Virus record (IMG/VR): IMGVR_UViG_3300012948_000002 | Coordinates: 1-47,488 of that record | Direction: 5' to 3' (one strand) | Length of the DNA stretch: 47,488 nucleotides | Source: a virus | In this document: one piece after another, positions 37,061 to 46,500 of the stretch | How the letters are laid out: each line of letters starts with the position of its first letter | Position numbering within the stretch: the first letter of the stretch is position 1 | The notes under the pieces: model-generated | What the model was told of the DNA's origin: nothing | What the model saw: only the letters and a program-made list of their open reading frames with translations | Databases searched by the model: none | Translations under genes and position numbers: made by a program

Positions 37061-39325
37061 TTGTCAAGTCTTGACGGAACAATCGTCCCCCCAAGCGGGT
37101 CGCCCTACGGCACCATAGCCATAGTGGCGGCCCGCCCGGGGCGCGATGAGTGCTTCACGAAGATGCCCCTTACGGGGCCTAGCGGAGATATGCTCTGGCG
37201 TTTGTTAGGCATACCTCGCAGCGAGGTATACGTCACAAATGTCCGCAAAGATTATAGCGATGCCCACAGCGTCCCAACGCCGGGCGAGATCGACGAAGCG
37301 TTGCCTGGGTTGCGGGACGAGATTGCCCGCACGTCTGCCACCACAATCATTGCTCTCGGAGCGCAGGCACTGTACGCACTTACTGGCAAGTCGTCCATTG
37401 AGCAGTGGCGCGGTTCTGTCCTACCTTGCAGTCTACTGCCCGGTCGCAAAGTGCTACCAACATATCATACGGCGCACGCACTCCGCGAGTACCCGATCAC
37501 GTACATCATAGAACATGATCTCCGAAGGGCGAGACATGAGGCATTATTTACAGACATCCGTACGCGTCCGCGTAAGTTTGTCATCGACCCCACCCTTGTC
37601 CAAGCTGTTGAGTATATCGACAGTCTTGGCGACCCTCTTTCGGTGGATATCGAGACAATCGGGTTCGAGGTTATTGACTGTGTCGGTATCAGTGACGATG
37701 CCGAGCGAGCAATCTGTATCCCATTTATCGGAGGTCGTCTCAGCCCTTCAGAGCTCGCGTATGTTTGGCGTCGCCTCTACAATAAGTTTCACACCTCTCG
37801 AATCATTGGCCAGAACATCCAGTTCGATCTCACCCGTCTCGAGCGGTACGGGTTCCGCTTCCCACACATCTACTTCGACACCATGCTTGCGCATCATCTC
37901 CTCTACCCAGAGTTCGACCACGACCTCGGGTTCATAACAAGCATATACACGAAGGAGCCGTACTACAAACATGAGATCAAAGAGAATCGGTGGGAGTACA
38001 ACTGCAAGGACGCGGCGTTCACGTACGAAGCGTACGAGGGACTCCTTGCGGAGCTCAAGCACACCAACCAGCTCGACTACTTCAACGAACACATCCTCTC
38101 TCTCATCCGACCAATCATGGCTATGCAGGACGAAGGATTTGTTATTGACAAACCTGCCCTGCACGCTACAAGGCGTCGTCTGGAGCTCGAGCGGGACTAT
38201 CTGCAACTTGTGCTCGAACAACAAGTCGGTTTTGCTATCAACGTTCGCTCAGGGCCTGATCTGCGACGACTGCTTTATGAAGATCTTAGGCTTCCAGTCA
38301 AGAAGCGAACTAAGAAGGCTCAAGCACCTGCAACTGACGAGGAACTCATCCGATCATTTGCCTTCGATTATCCCCAGCACGCAGGCGTTTTGCGAGGCGT
38401 GCTTGATGTGCGAGAGAGACGTACGCTTCTGTCTGGCTTCCTTAATCTCGACACTGGAGCAGATGGGCGCTACAAGGCTAATTACCTGATCCACGGGACC
38501 AAGAGCGGTCGCCTAAGTAGCCGAGGGAGAGGTGAAGGCCCTCAACTACAGAACATCCCGCTTAAGGCCAGGAAGATGTTCGTGGCGAGTCCTGGCCACA
38601 TCTTAATACAGGGAGATCTCAAGCGCGCGGAGGCTATGTTCGTCGCGTTTGACTCGTGTAGCCCAGCGCTGCAAGCCCTATACACAAATGATGGGATCAA
38701 TCCCTACTGTGAGTTTGCCTCAAGCGTCATGGGTCGGCGCATCACTAAGAGTGATGAGCTGGTCTACAAAACATTTAAGTCGGTGACACATGCTTCGAAT
38801 TATGGCATGGCGTGGAAGAAACTCATCATTGTTCTTCGTCTTGCAGGCATCAATATCGAGGATCTCGATATACGTGGGCTTTGGGGTAGCAAGAAGAAAG
38901 CGGAGTTTCTCATTGAATCATACCACGCATCTTATCCCGAGATCCGCTCCGTGTGGCACAAAAGGATACGCGGACTGGTACGACCTACTCGATGTATTCA
39001 CGATGCCTTTGGGCGCCGTCGGTTGTTTCTGGATCGCATGGATGAAGACCTCTACCGCAAGGCTTTCGCACAACGCCCACAGTCGAGCATAGTAACCGTC
39101 ACGAACATCGGCGTACGTCGCCTCGTCGCCCAGGGCTACCGGGTCGTCGCTCAAGTACATGACTCCATAGTCTGCGAAGTCCCCGAAGAGGACGAGCGCA
39201 CGAGCCTGGTAGCCCTCAACGATGCGATGACGACGCCGGTGACGAGCTGGGGAGGGACGTTCACGATACCGGTGGAGTTAAAGGCTGGCCATTCCTGGGG
39301 GGACCTACACGAAGTGGAGGTATAA
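37061..39325 (+). CDS. DNA polymerase, family A, with N-terminal UDG-superfamily (family 4-like) domain and 3'-5' exonuclease
   Basis: 754 aa with a TTG start. The UDG-like region is IAIVAARPGRDEC...PLTGPSGDMLWRLL...VYVTNVRK. Exo motifs are VDIETIG, IGQNIQFDL and YNCKDAAFTY. Pol motifs are IQGDLKRAEAM (A), KSVTHASNYGM (B) and VAQVHDSI (C). Confidence 0.85.
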   Translation: MSSLDGTIVPPSGSPYGTIAIVAARPGRDECFTKMPLTGPSGDMLWRLLGIPRSEVYVTNVRKDYSDAHSVPTPGEIDEALPGLRDEIARTSATTIIALGAQALYALTGKSSIEQWRGSVLPCSLLPGRKVLPTYHTAHALREYPITYIIEHDLRRARHEALFTDIRTRPRKFVIDPTLVQAVEYIDSLGDPLSVDIETIGFEVIDCVGISDDAERAICIPFIGGRLSPSELAYVWRRLYNKFHTSRIIGQNIQFDLTRLERYGFRFPHIYFDTMLAHHLLYPEFDHDLGFITSIYTKEPYYKHEIKENRWEYNCKDAAFTYEAYEGLLAELKHTNQLDYFNEHILSLIRPIMAMQDEGFVIDKPALHATRRRLELERDYLQLVLEQQVGFAINVRSGPDLRRLLYEDLRLPVKKRTKKAQAPATDEELIRSFAFDYPQHAGVLRGVLDVRERRTLLSGFLNLDTGADGRYKANYLIHGTKSGRLSSRGRGEGPQLQNIPLKARKMFVASPGHILIQGDLKRAEAMFVAFDSCSPALQALYTNDGINPYCEFASSVMGRRITKSDELVYKTFKSVTHASNYGMAWKKLIIVLRLAGINIEDLDIRGLWGSKKKAEFLIESYHASYPEIRSVWHKRIRGLVRPTRCIHDAFGRRRLFLDRMDEDLYRKAFAQRPQSSIVTVTNIGVRRLVAQGYRVVAQVHDSIVCEVPEEDERTSLVALNDAMTTPVTSWGGTFTIPVELKAGHSWGDLHEVEV

Positions 39326-40461
39326 TGGATGAGTCATTTCTGGACATGTACCTGCGGTACACCGAGAAGCAAGAAAGCCCCGCCGAGTTCCATCTATGGG
39401 TCGGGATCACAATGGTCGCTGCGGCTATGGGCCGCAAGTGCTACATCGAGAGGGGCTATTATCGGCTCTACCCCAACCTCTTCACCATTCTGGTCGCCGG
39501 ATCTGCCCGTTGCCGTAAATCTACGGCCATCAATATTGGCGTCAACTTGCTCAAAGGGGTTCCGACGACTAGAGTCATTAGCGGCAAAATCACTCCAGAG
39601 AAGTTCATCGATGAGATCGGACCCCCGAAAGGCGGCACTGCTGCACCCAACGTGTTGGTGCACAGTGGCGAACTGTCAGTCTTCCTGACGAAGCAGCAGT
39701 ATGGTGAACCGCTTATACATATCCTTACGGACATGTACGACTGCCCTGACTCGTGGAGTTACAAGACTAAGAACCGCGGCGAGGTCACCCTTAGTGATCT
39801 ATTTCTCTGTATTATTGCCGCTACTACTCCTGATGGTGTTAGTCGCGGCATACCACCGAGCGCACTCGAGGATGGATTCGCCAGTCGAGTCCTCTTCGTG
39901 TATAAGGGCGATACATCGCGCAGAAATGCGATGCCAAGCCTCTCGGCAGAAGAACACGAGATGAAGCTCGAGCTGATTAACAAGTTAGCTGCGGTTGGTC
40001 AGCTCGCGGGAGAGTTCTCGCTAGACCCGACAGCGCGGGAGTGGTATGTGGACTGGTACGGGAACATGCGGCCACCCGCGGATAAGCGGATGGAGGGCAT
40101 GTGGGGCCGCAAGCACGATCACCTGCTACGGGTCTCCATGGTTCTTGCGGGCGCGGCGGGCAGTAAGGTCATCGAGCAGCACCAACTGGAGGCTAGTCTT
40201 CTTGCCCTGGAGACTGTGGAGGAGAACACGCATCATGCCCTTAACGAGATTGGAGGCGACAACAACACGCAGTTTCTTACACGAGCGGCAACCACAGTAC
40301 AGCGCAGGGTCAGGATTGGGCACTCCGAGCTCCTTAGGAGTGTATATCCATGTCGTGCGGACGTCTTTAAGAATATCGTAGAAACACTTATCGAGTCGGG
40401 GTTCATGGACCGTGATGTCCACAAGCCCGATATGTACGTTTGGAGCGGGAGGCCCTTCTAA
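39325..40461 (+). CDS. DUF3987-like P-loop ATPase (putative replicative helicase)
   Basis: 378 aa, TAATG-coupled to the polymerase. It carries YPNLFTILVAGSARCRKST (a deviant Walker A) and SRVLFVY. No primase domain is attached. Confidence 0.6.
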   Translation: MDESFLDMYLRYTEKQESPAEFHLWVGITMVAAAMGRKCYIERGYYRLYPNLFTILVAGSARCRKSTAINIGVNLLKGVPTTRVISGKITPEKFIDEIGPPKGGTAAPNVLVHSGELSVFLTKQQYGEPLIHILTDMYDCPDSWSYKTKNRGEVTLSDLFLCIIAATTPDGVSRGIPPSALEDGFASRVLFVYKGDTSRRNAMPSLSAEEHEMKLELINKLAAVGQLAGEFSLDPTAREWYVDWYGNMRPPADKRMEGMWGRKHDHLLRVSMVLAGAAGSKVIEQHQLEASLLALETVEENTHHALNEIGGDNNTQFLTRAATTVQRRVRIGHSELLRSVYPCRADVFKNIVETLIESGFMDRDVHKPDMYVWSGRPF

Positions 40462-40697
40462 TGGACGGACCAATAGAGATACCCGAAGAGATCTGGGAGC
40501 AGGATATTTTCGAGCCATGTCGGTGGGAGCCATTCAACGGTATAGAGATCGTAAAGTTCGGGATGGCGATCCCAGTTCAGATCAGTGGAGAATGCCCAGC
40601 GTGCGAGGAAGGAGAACACGACTTGTGCTGGTGGCCAGACCCTGCTTATCAGTGCTCATGCGCGAAAGCAGAACATCGAAAGTCCCCCCGAGGATAG
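40461..40697 (+). CDS. Cys-rich small protein, last rightward gene
   Basis: The start was refined to ATG 40461 (TAATG). It carries CPACEEGEHDLC...CSC. Confidence 0.5.
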   Translation: MDGPIEIPEEIWEQDIFEPCRWEPFNGIEIVKFGMAIPVQISGECPACEEGEHDLCWWPDPAYQCSCAKAEHRKSPRG

Positions 40698-40742
40698 CGG
40701 CGATGGTGGGTGATCGCTGATGCTAATCCACGGGGGGACTTT
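40679..40742 (+). terminator. Terminator of the rightward arm: 12-bp stem aaagtccccccg/cggggggacttt with a 40-nt structured loop and a T-run
   Basis: The left arm lies in the last codons of 40461..40697. The right arm is followed by ttt. It sits at the convergent junction with the leftward operon. Confidence 0.6.
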
Positions 40743-40744
40743 TA

Positions 40745-40777
40745 GCTATGGGCTTCAGCCCATTGAATCGGCTAGCG
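40745..40777. repeat. Palindromic element (family member B) GCTATGGGCTTCA-gcccat-TGAATCGGCTAGC
   Basis: It lies at the convergent junction, overlapping the last 6 nt (including the stop) of the 704-aa leftward gene. Positions 40746-40767 are 20/22 identical to 17025-17046. Confidence 0.75.
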
Positions 40778-42886
40778 ATAACTTGTCGGGGGCGGTGGCT
40801 TCTGTCCAATGATGTTGTACCACTGACTCTGCAAGTCTTGGCTCATCAGGTCGCTCGCCGTCCCCGCCGCCTTCTTCCACCACGGGAGGCGTCCCTCCTC
40901 TAGCTCCTTCCTCTCCGCTTGCAGCTTATCTAGGCCAAACCCGCCGCTGGTAGCTATCAGCTCCTCAGGCGTGGTCCCAAGCGCTTCCCCAATGTAGCTA
41001 GCTATTCGAGTCAATCGCTCTGGCCCCTGCCCCCTCGCCACCCCCTCAGCCAGCTTGGTCGCCAAGTCCACCGCATGCGGGTTCGTCATGATCTTGGCCA
41101 CCACGGGCGGGGCGAACAAGAGACCCGCGATCATGGTCGCAGTCTGTGCAGTGGTCGTGTGGCCCATCAGTGCGTGGACGGCCTCACCCGCACCAACCTT
41201 CGTTGCCAATGGCCCAAGCCCCACGGTGTAGTTGAACGATTCCTTCATCCGCTTGTTCAGCAGCTCCATCCCATCAGCCAGCTTCTCGTACCCCTGGATG
41301 GCATCTGGGCCCATCACTGTGTTGAGGAACTTCCGACCAAACGGCCCGCCCTCCATCAGCTGATTGCGCATGAACTCCGGGCGGAGAAGCTCCCCTTCCC
41401 TCGACGTTGCGCCCTTAGTGACCTTGGCCCAAAGAGCCGCTCGCACATTGTTAGCGACATCTGGTCCCGCCGCCTTCTCGAGCTGAAAGAAGTTGTCCGC
41501 ATTCCTATTCCTAAGGAGAGTGTTCGCGTACTCGGTATATGCGCCCTGGCGATTCATGAGGCCCTTGACGAAGTCCGAGTTGTATTGCTTTTCGTTTATC
41601 TCGTTGTCAACGCTCGACCACTTCATGTAGAACTTGGCCATCTCTTTGCTGGGCATCTGAGCCGACACACGCTCATCCAGCATCTGGGCGGCCGCCAGCG
41701 CCTCTTTCTGTGCGTCGGGGCTTGCGTTGATATCATGCGCCATGACACCCAGATACTCACGCACCTGCTGGACCTGGTTGAACGTTGGGCTGTTACCCAG
41801 CCCGGCCACCAACGACATCGGGCCCTTACCCAAAGCCGGGACGCCCCTCCCAAGATCTTTGAATATGAATCCCTCTGGTAGCTCGATGTTATTGATGGCT
41901 ATCCTACGCGCCGCCTGCAATGGCCGGAAGCCACCATCAATGGCAGAGGAGATTGTCTTCCCAAGGTCCTCCAGCGGGATCACCTGCCCAAACTTGTCGC
42001 CCAGATCGTTGACAGCCATCTGGAGCATCTTCCCCCGCGTGCCTTTGAAGCGATCAAGGGCTGTCCGGAGGAACGAAGCGTTGTTCGCAAAGCCCTGGAA
42101 CAGGCGATATATCGAGTTGTTGGTCGCCTCTCCCACCGTCATCGCATTGCCCGCCACAATAGCGCGGGCTTCCCTCGGATCCAATCCCGCCGAGCGCAGC
42201 TTCTGGGCTGCCGTTGTGGCGTCGATGTCGCCCTCAGGCGTGTTCATCCTCTTAAAGGGATTCCAGCTAATCTGGGCTGGGTCCCTACCACTCACCTTCT
42301 GGTACACTCCCTTCAAGCGACCCGCCATGTCCTGCATGGTGGCCATCTCCTCGGGGGTGTACTTGGGGGCGAAGGGAATCACGACGCCCTTCACGATAGG
42401 CTCAGCTATCCGACCCCACGTCTCCGCAAGTGCCGCGTCGGTACCCGCGCTTAGCCCATGCGCGAAGGACTCACTGAACGAATCAGACTCGGGCCCACCA
42501 AACGTGTTGCCTATGCCCAAGCGTCGCTTCGTCTCTTCGAGGGCCGTCTGTGCCCCCACTGCAGAGAGGGCTGCGCCCGTGATGCCACCCACTGCGCCAG
42601 CCGCCTCCGGGAGTGGCGTCGGGAGCGCACTAGTCAGGTTGTAGGCTGCCTTGGCGCCCGCTGTCCCACCCTTATACGCAGCGACGAGAGCGGGTGTTCT
42701 CCATGCGATCCTGGACAGCCCACTCTCACCCTTGGGCTCAAAGGGCTCAGGCGACTCTGCCTCGGTGCCCAAAAAGGCGCCGCTAGCTGCGCTAGGCTTC
42801 GCCTCCTCAGTTGGAAGTTGACGTGAACGCCGCTTGATCTCATCCTCGATCAGCTTCAGCCTTGCCAGATCCTCTTCGCGGCCCAT
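40772..42886 (-). CDS. Large helical internal virion / ejection protein (putative)
   Basis: 704 aa, the last gene of the virion operon. It is all-helical with a Gly/Ala-rich N-terminal region. The assignment is positional, by analogy with podovirus core proteins. Confidence 0.5.
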   Translation of the reverse strand: MGREEDLARLKLIEDEIKRRSRQLPTEEAKPSAASGAFLGTEAESPEPFEPKGESGLSRIAWRTPALVAAYKGGTAGAKAAYNLTSALPTPLPEAAGAVGGITGAALSAVGAQTALEETKRRLGIGNTFGGPESDSFSESFAHGLSAGTDAALAETWGRIAEPIVKGVVIPFAPKYTPEEMATMQDMAGRLKGVYQKVSGRDPAQISWNPFKRMNTPEGDIDATTAAQKLRSAGLDPREARAIVAGNAMTVGEATNNSIYRLFQGFANNASFLRTALDRFKGTRGKMLQMAVNDLGDKFGQVIPLEDLGKTISSAIDGGFRPLQAARRIAINNIELPEGFIFKDLGRGVPALGKGPMSLVAGLGNSPTFNQVQQVREYLGVMAHDINASPDAQKEALAAAQMLDERVSAQMPSKEMAKFYMKWSSVDNEINEKQYNSDFVKGLMNRQGAYTEYANTLLRNRNADNFFQLEKAAGPDVANNVRAALWAKVTKGATSREGELLRPEFMRNQLMEGGPFGRKFLNTVMGPDAIQGYEKLADGMELLNKRMKESFNYTVGLGPLATKVGAGEAVHALMGHTTTAQTATMIAGLLFAPPVVAKIMTNPHAVDLATKLAEGVARGQGPERLTRIASYIGEALGTTPEELIATSGGFGLDKLQAERKELEEGRLPWWKKAAGTASDLMSQDLQSQWYNIIGQKPPPPTSYR

Positions 42887-44610
42887 TACTCTTTCTCCTC
42901 ACCAAGGAACTGCTCGACCGCGCTTCCGCTCAGTCTCTTCCGCTCCTTTGCCAGATCCTCGTCACTCATACCTGTGACATCGCCTCCTGGGGGCGGCGTC
43001 ATCTCGGGAGGTATATCTTGGGGAATCGCGGGAGTCTCACCCAGCTGGCCGCCCTGGTACCCACGGAAGGAGCCCACACCACCTACGCTCTGGCCCCTCC
43101 GCTGCATGATCTCGCTCAGTTTCTGGATGGCTAACGCGTGGTCCCTCGACATACCAGGCGGGGTGTAGCTATTGTCGGACTCTATCCCTGGCAACTGCTC
43201 ACCCCTCTTGAGGACATCAATGGGATCTATTGGGTCTATCCCCTCAGGGGTCCTGAAGCCCCAAGATCTCATGACGCCCGCCCGTGTCCTCACATCCTTA
43301 ATCATGTGAGCTTGCATCGAATCCAAAACGGTCTCGAATACGTTCGCCGAGTCCATGTAGCTAGGCAGGGAGTTCTGAATGAACTCCATCTCCTTCTCCA
43401 TGAACCTCTTTCCATGCATGAGGTTCATGTATTGGGAGACCTGGGTGTTCAGGAGTTTGTTGAACGAGTCTACGTACCTATTTGACTCCCCGATCTCCTT
43501 CAGCATCATCAAGATGGGCTTCCGGATGGCACCCGTTGGGTACAAATTCTGCTGCCGTATGAAGTGCCACATGTCACGCAATTCGTTCTGCGTTTGGATG
43601 ATGCCCATCCGGTCATTCATATCCTTCATCGCGCTAGCGCTTGGCTTGTCTAACGGCTTGTTCCCACCGTCCTTGGTCTGGAACCACTTCATCAGGTTCA
43701 CACCGGAGTCTACCTCACCAGCATCTAGCAGTCGCTGCACCAGGCCCGCCTCGATCTGTGGCATCAGGGGCTGAGCATTCTTGAACACGTCTAGACCCGC
43801 GAGTCGCTTCTGCTCCTCTGTAGAGTTTGGATCCTTGAGTATATCGTTGTAGTCCTGAAGCTTCTGTGCGAATGGCGTGCGAGCCTTGTTTATCTCCCGA
43901 ATACCCTTCGCGAAGTCAGTCGAGGGCAAGCCCTTGTTATCCATGACGGGGTAGTCACGAGCCACAGTCTTGGGATCGAACTGCCACGTTCCGTCCTGAT
44001 TCTTCGGGAGGTTGTAGAAGCGATCCTGGCTCAGGTGCTGGAAGGCAAACTCGACAGCCTTCGTCTCGTCCGGCGTAAATTGGTGTCCCCCTTGAGCCTG
44101 CGCAATTGCAAAGTTCACAGTGTTTCGCGAGTCTTGCACGAGGGCCTCATCCATCTCCCTCTTCTGCTTCTGCCGGAGGCCCTCTGTCTCGGCACCAATC
44201 CTGCCAGCCTCCGCCCGTGATTGCAGAATGTGCTGGCGCGCGAGGTCCGTCTCAGCTTTGTGCTGTTCAGTTTCGGCCTGCCATTCCGGGATACGTGTTT
44301 GAAGCTCGCGCTCCTGCCTACCGCTTAACTCCTTCGCACGCTCAATCTGCTCGCGCTCCTGGGCCTCTCGGGCTGCTTCCGCTGACGTATACGCTCGCGT
44401 TCGCTCAGCGCCCTGCCTCACGCGCTCTTGGCCCTGCATTATCTGGGCCTGTGTAGCGCGCTCCAACCGACGCTCGTTAGCCTCGCGAACAGCTTCCTCG
44501 GCCTGCCTATCAATCTCGCGGCTCAGATCGTCCGGCTGGTTCCGGTACATCTGCTCCATCAGCGAGTCAATTCGCCGCCGCTGCTCCGCCCCAAGATCGA
44601 TGACTGGCAT
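42886..44610 (-). CDS. Internal virion / ejection protein (putative) with a charged coiled-coil N-terminal third
   Basis: 574 aa, coupled by a 1-nt stop/start overlap. The N-terminal MPVIDLGAEQRRRIDSLMEQMY is shared with the lysozyme-domain protein. Confidence 0.5.
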   Translation of the reverse strand: MPVIDLGAEQRRRIDSLMEQMYRNQPDDLSREIDRQAEEAVREANERRLERATQAQIMQGQERVRQGAERTRAYTSAEAAREAQEREQIERAKELSGRQERELQTRIPEWQAETEQHKAETDLARQHILQSRAEAGRIGAETEGLRQKQKREMDEALVQDSRNTVNFAIAQAQGGHQFTPDETKAVEFAFQHLSQDRFYNLPKNQDGTWQFDPKTVARDYPVMDNKGLPSTDFAKGIREINKARTPFAQKLQDYNDILKDPNSTEEQKRLAGLDVFKNAQPLMPQIEAGLVQRLLDAGEVDSGVNLMKWFQTKDGGNKPLDKPSASAMKDMNDRMGIIQTQNELRDMWHFIRQQNLYPTGAIRKPILMMLKEIGESNRYVDSFNKLLNTQVSQYMNLMHGKRFMEKEMEFIQNSLPSYMDSANVFETVLDSMQAHMIKDVRTRAGVMRSWGFRTPEGIDPIDPIDVLKRGEQLPGIESDNSYTPPGMSRDHALAIQKLSEIMQRRGQSVGGVGSFRGYQGGQLGETPAIPQDIPPEMTPPPGGDVTGMSDEDLAKERKRLSGSAVEQFLGEEKE

Positions 44611-45215
44611 TAGTGCGCGTAGCTCCCTGCCCCAGGCTGGTTAGCTCCCCACGCTAGGCCCGCTGCGGTGAACCCAGGCACCTGCGATTGCCGTAGATAG
44701 TCTTGATACATCCGGCCCATCGCTGCCTCGCGCGCCCCGTATTCGCCCGTCGCGAGACCCGCCTGCGCTCCCATGAGCTGGCCCGCACCTTGGTTGTACA
44801 CCTGTTGGGCCTGCTGGCGCTCCTGCTCGAGTTGAGTCTGGTACTCCGCGGCTTTGCTCGCGAGGTCCGTCGACGTTCGTTCCCGCAGGTTAGCCTGTTG
44901 CGCGAGGTTTGCACTGCTGTAAAGGGCGCCCCTCGAGCCAAGCGTCTCGCCGATCTGGGACGCTTGCTCGTTCGCGCTCTTGTTCGTCACAGCTAGGTAC
45001 TTGTTGAACATGTCTTGGAAGGCCGGGGCATTGCTCTGCTGTCCAAACTGGTTGAGCTGCTGGCCATACCCACTGATCATGTTCGCGTAGTTCGTCGCAG
45101 CCTGGCCCCCGCCCACAAAGTAAGGCGCAATGGCTTGGTTCATCTGGGGCGAAGCCTGCTGTAGCGGGTTGCTCGTCCCCCCCTGGCCCAACGGAGCAGC
45201 TGATTGTCCTGGCAT
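44610..45215 (-). CDS. Gln/Ala-rich internal virion protein (putative)
   Basis: 201-aa ORF coupled to both neighbours. Confidence 0.5.
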   Translation of the reverse strand: MPGQSAAPLGQGGTSNPLQQASPQMNQAIAPYFVGGGQAATNYANMISGYGQQLNQFGQQSNAPAFQDMFNKYLAVTNKSANEQASQIGETLGSRGALYSSANLAQQANLRERTSTDLASKAAEYQTQLEQERQQAQQVYNQGAGQLMGAQAGLATGEYGAREAAMGRMYQDYLRQSQVPGFTAAGLAWGANQPGAGSYAH

Positions 45216-45217
45216 TG

Positions 45218-45922
45218 CTATTCCCCCTGCCGCATCAACAACGATGGGTCTGGCTTCCCCGGTACCTGACTAGTTCCCGGCGGAAGCGGCCCATGGAGTT
45301 GGCCCGCTTGCCTCTCCTGGAGTCTGCTCTGGCGATTGGTGAGGAAATCAATCCTGCGCTGCTGCTGTTGTGTCGGGTCCTCAATTCCTTGAAGAGCCGC
45401 GAGCCGATCAGACACGTTCCCAAGCCGGCGGCTGGTCTTGAGGACTTGAGAGGCCCAAGGACCGGGCTGTTGGCCCTGAGCGCGAGCCTCGCGGGCACGC
45501 TCCTTGGCCATGTACAGTGTTTGCTCAGGCGTAAGCTGAGTTCCACCACCGCCCGGCGCTTGGCCTGCGGCAGCCGCAGCTTGGCCCACGTAGGGAATCG
45601 ACTCGCCGTACTTGCCCGTGAAGCCAAGCGCACTTGCCTCGTTGGGCGTCATCCCGGGCAACACGAGTGGGAATCGCGCCTTACTCATGTCGCCCCCACT
45701 CGCTATGACACTCTGAAGGCTTGGCGCGATTGCAGCCGCATTTGTCATGTCTGCCCGCGCCCAGTACTCACGCATGGCCTTCGAGACAGGGTCCTGGGGG
45801 AGCTTCGAGAACGTGGGATTAGCGCCCGCCCCCGTGGGAGTTTGACTCGCTTGGTATGCTTGATATCCAATTGAGCCCGCTGTGGCCACGGCGCCTATCA
45901 CTGCCGCGGTGATTGCTGCCAT
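45218..45922 (-). CDS. Internal virion protein (putative) with an N-terminal hydrophobic segment
   Basis: 234 aa. The N-terminus, MAAITAAVIGAVATAGSIGYQAY, is TM-like and the middle is Gly/Ala/Gln-rich. Confidence 0.5.
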   Translation of the reverse strand: MAAITAAVIGAVATAGSIGYQAYQASQTPTGAGANPTFSKLPQDPVSKAMREYWARADMTNAAAIAPSLQSVIASGGDMSKARFPLVLPGMTPNEASALGFTGKYGESIPYVGQAAAAAGQAPGGGGTQLTPEQTLYMAKERAREARAQGQQPGPWASQVLKTSRRLGNVSDRLAALQGIEDPTQQQQRRIDFLTNRQSRLQERQAGQLHGPLPPGTSQVPGKPDPSLLMRQGE

Positions 45923-45930
45923 ACAACCTC

Positions 45931-46500
45931 CTAATCGAAGAAGCTAAGCAGGATCAGGCGAGCATCCGTTGTGTCCTCGCCATACCCTTGCCTTGGCTCT
46001 GCCGCGTGAATCAGATCGCTCTGCATCACGAGTGCCCGGTTAGGGGCGCCGGGAAATACCCCAACGGCGCGCCACGCATCTTCATTGTCATAATCGGCCT
46101 GCCACGCCTGCAGCTCCTCAGCCGTCTTTGGGTGGGTTCGCATCCCTGTGGCCCGGTGCTCGAGCAGCACTGTGGCCGAAGGCCCCGGGTTGATGTAGCA
46201 GAAGAACGCGTAACGAGACACCTCAGCATCGGAGTGTGCCCATTGCGGCGGATTCGAGCCGCGTGGAGATAGCCTGAAAGCATTGTATTTGGGGATCACC
46301 TTATAGCCAAGGAGCCACGTCATGCTGTGCGCTAGCCGCTCCAGCACGACAGGGGGCACCGCGGTCGAGATGTTTGGGTACGTTACGTGGTCGAAGGGTG
46401 CCTCCACGGGGCCGTAAGTCAAGTTGCGAGCATACGCTTGGACCAGCTCGAACTCGTAGTCCGGGAAGAACTCGTCGATCATGTAGACGAACGGGATCAT
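45931..46500 (-). CDS. 2-oxoglutarate/Fe(II)-dependent oxygenase-like protein
   Basis: 189 aa. It has H-x-D (QWAHSDAE), a distal His (SDLIHAAEP) about 75 residues later, and a following Arg (DARLILLSF). This is the classic facial-triad spacing. Confidence 0.55.
   Translation of the reverse strand: MIPFVYMIDEFFPDYEFELVQAYARNLTYGPVEAPFDHVTYPNISTAVPPVVLERLAHSMTWLLGYKVIPKYNAFRLSPRGSNPPQWAHSDAEVSRYAFFCYINPGPSATVLLEHRATGMRTHPKTAEELQAWQADYDNEDAWRAVGVFPGAPNRALVMQSDLIHAAEPRQGYGEDTTDARLILLSFFD

Noticed and set aside
41075-42644. Two long plus-strand ORFs (268 and 305 aa)
   Set aside because: Both are antisense to the 704-aa leftward gene. Their Arg/Leu/His/Pro-rich composition marks them as shadow frames. 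They would also be transcribed head-on into the convergent terminator region.
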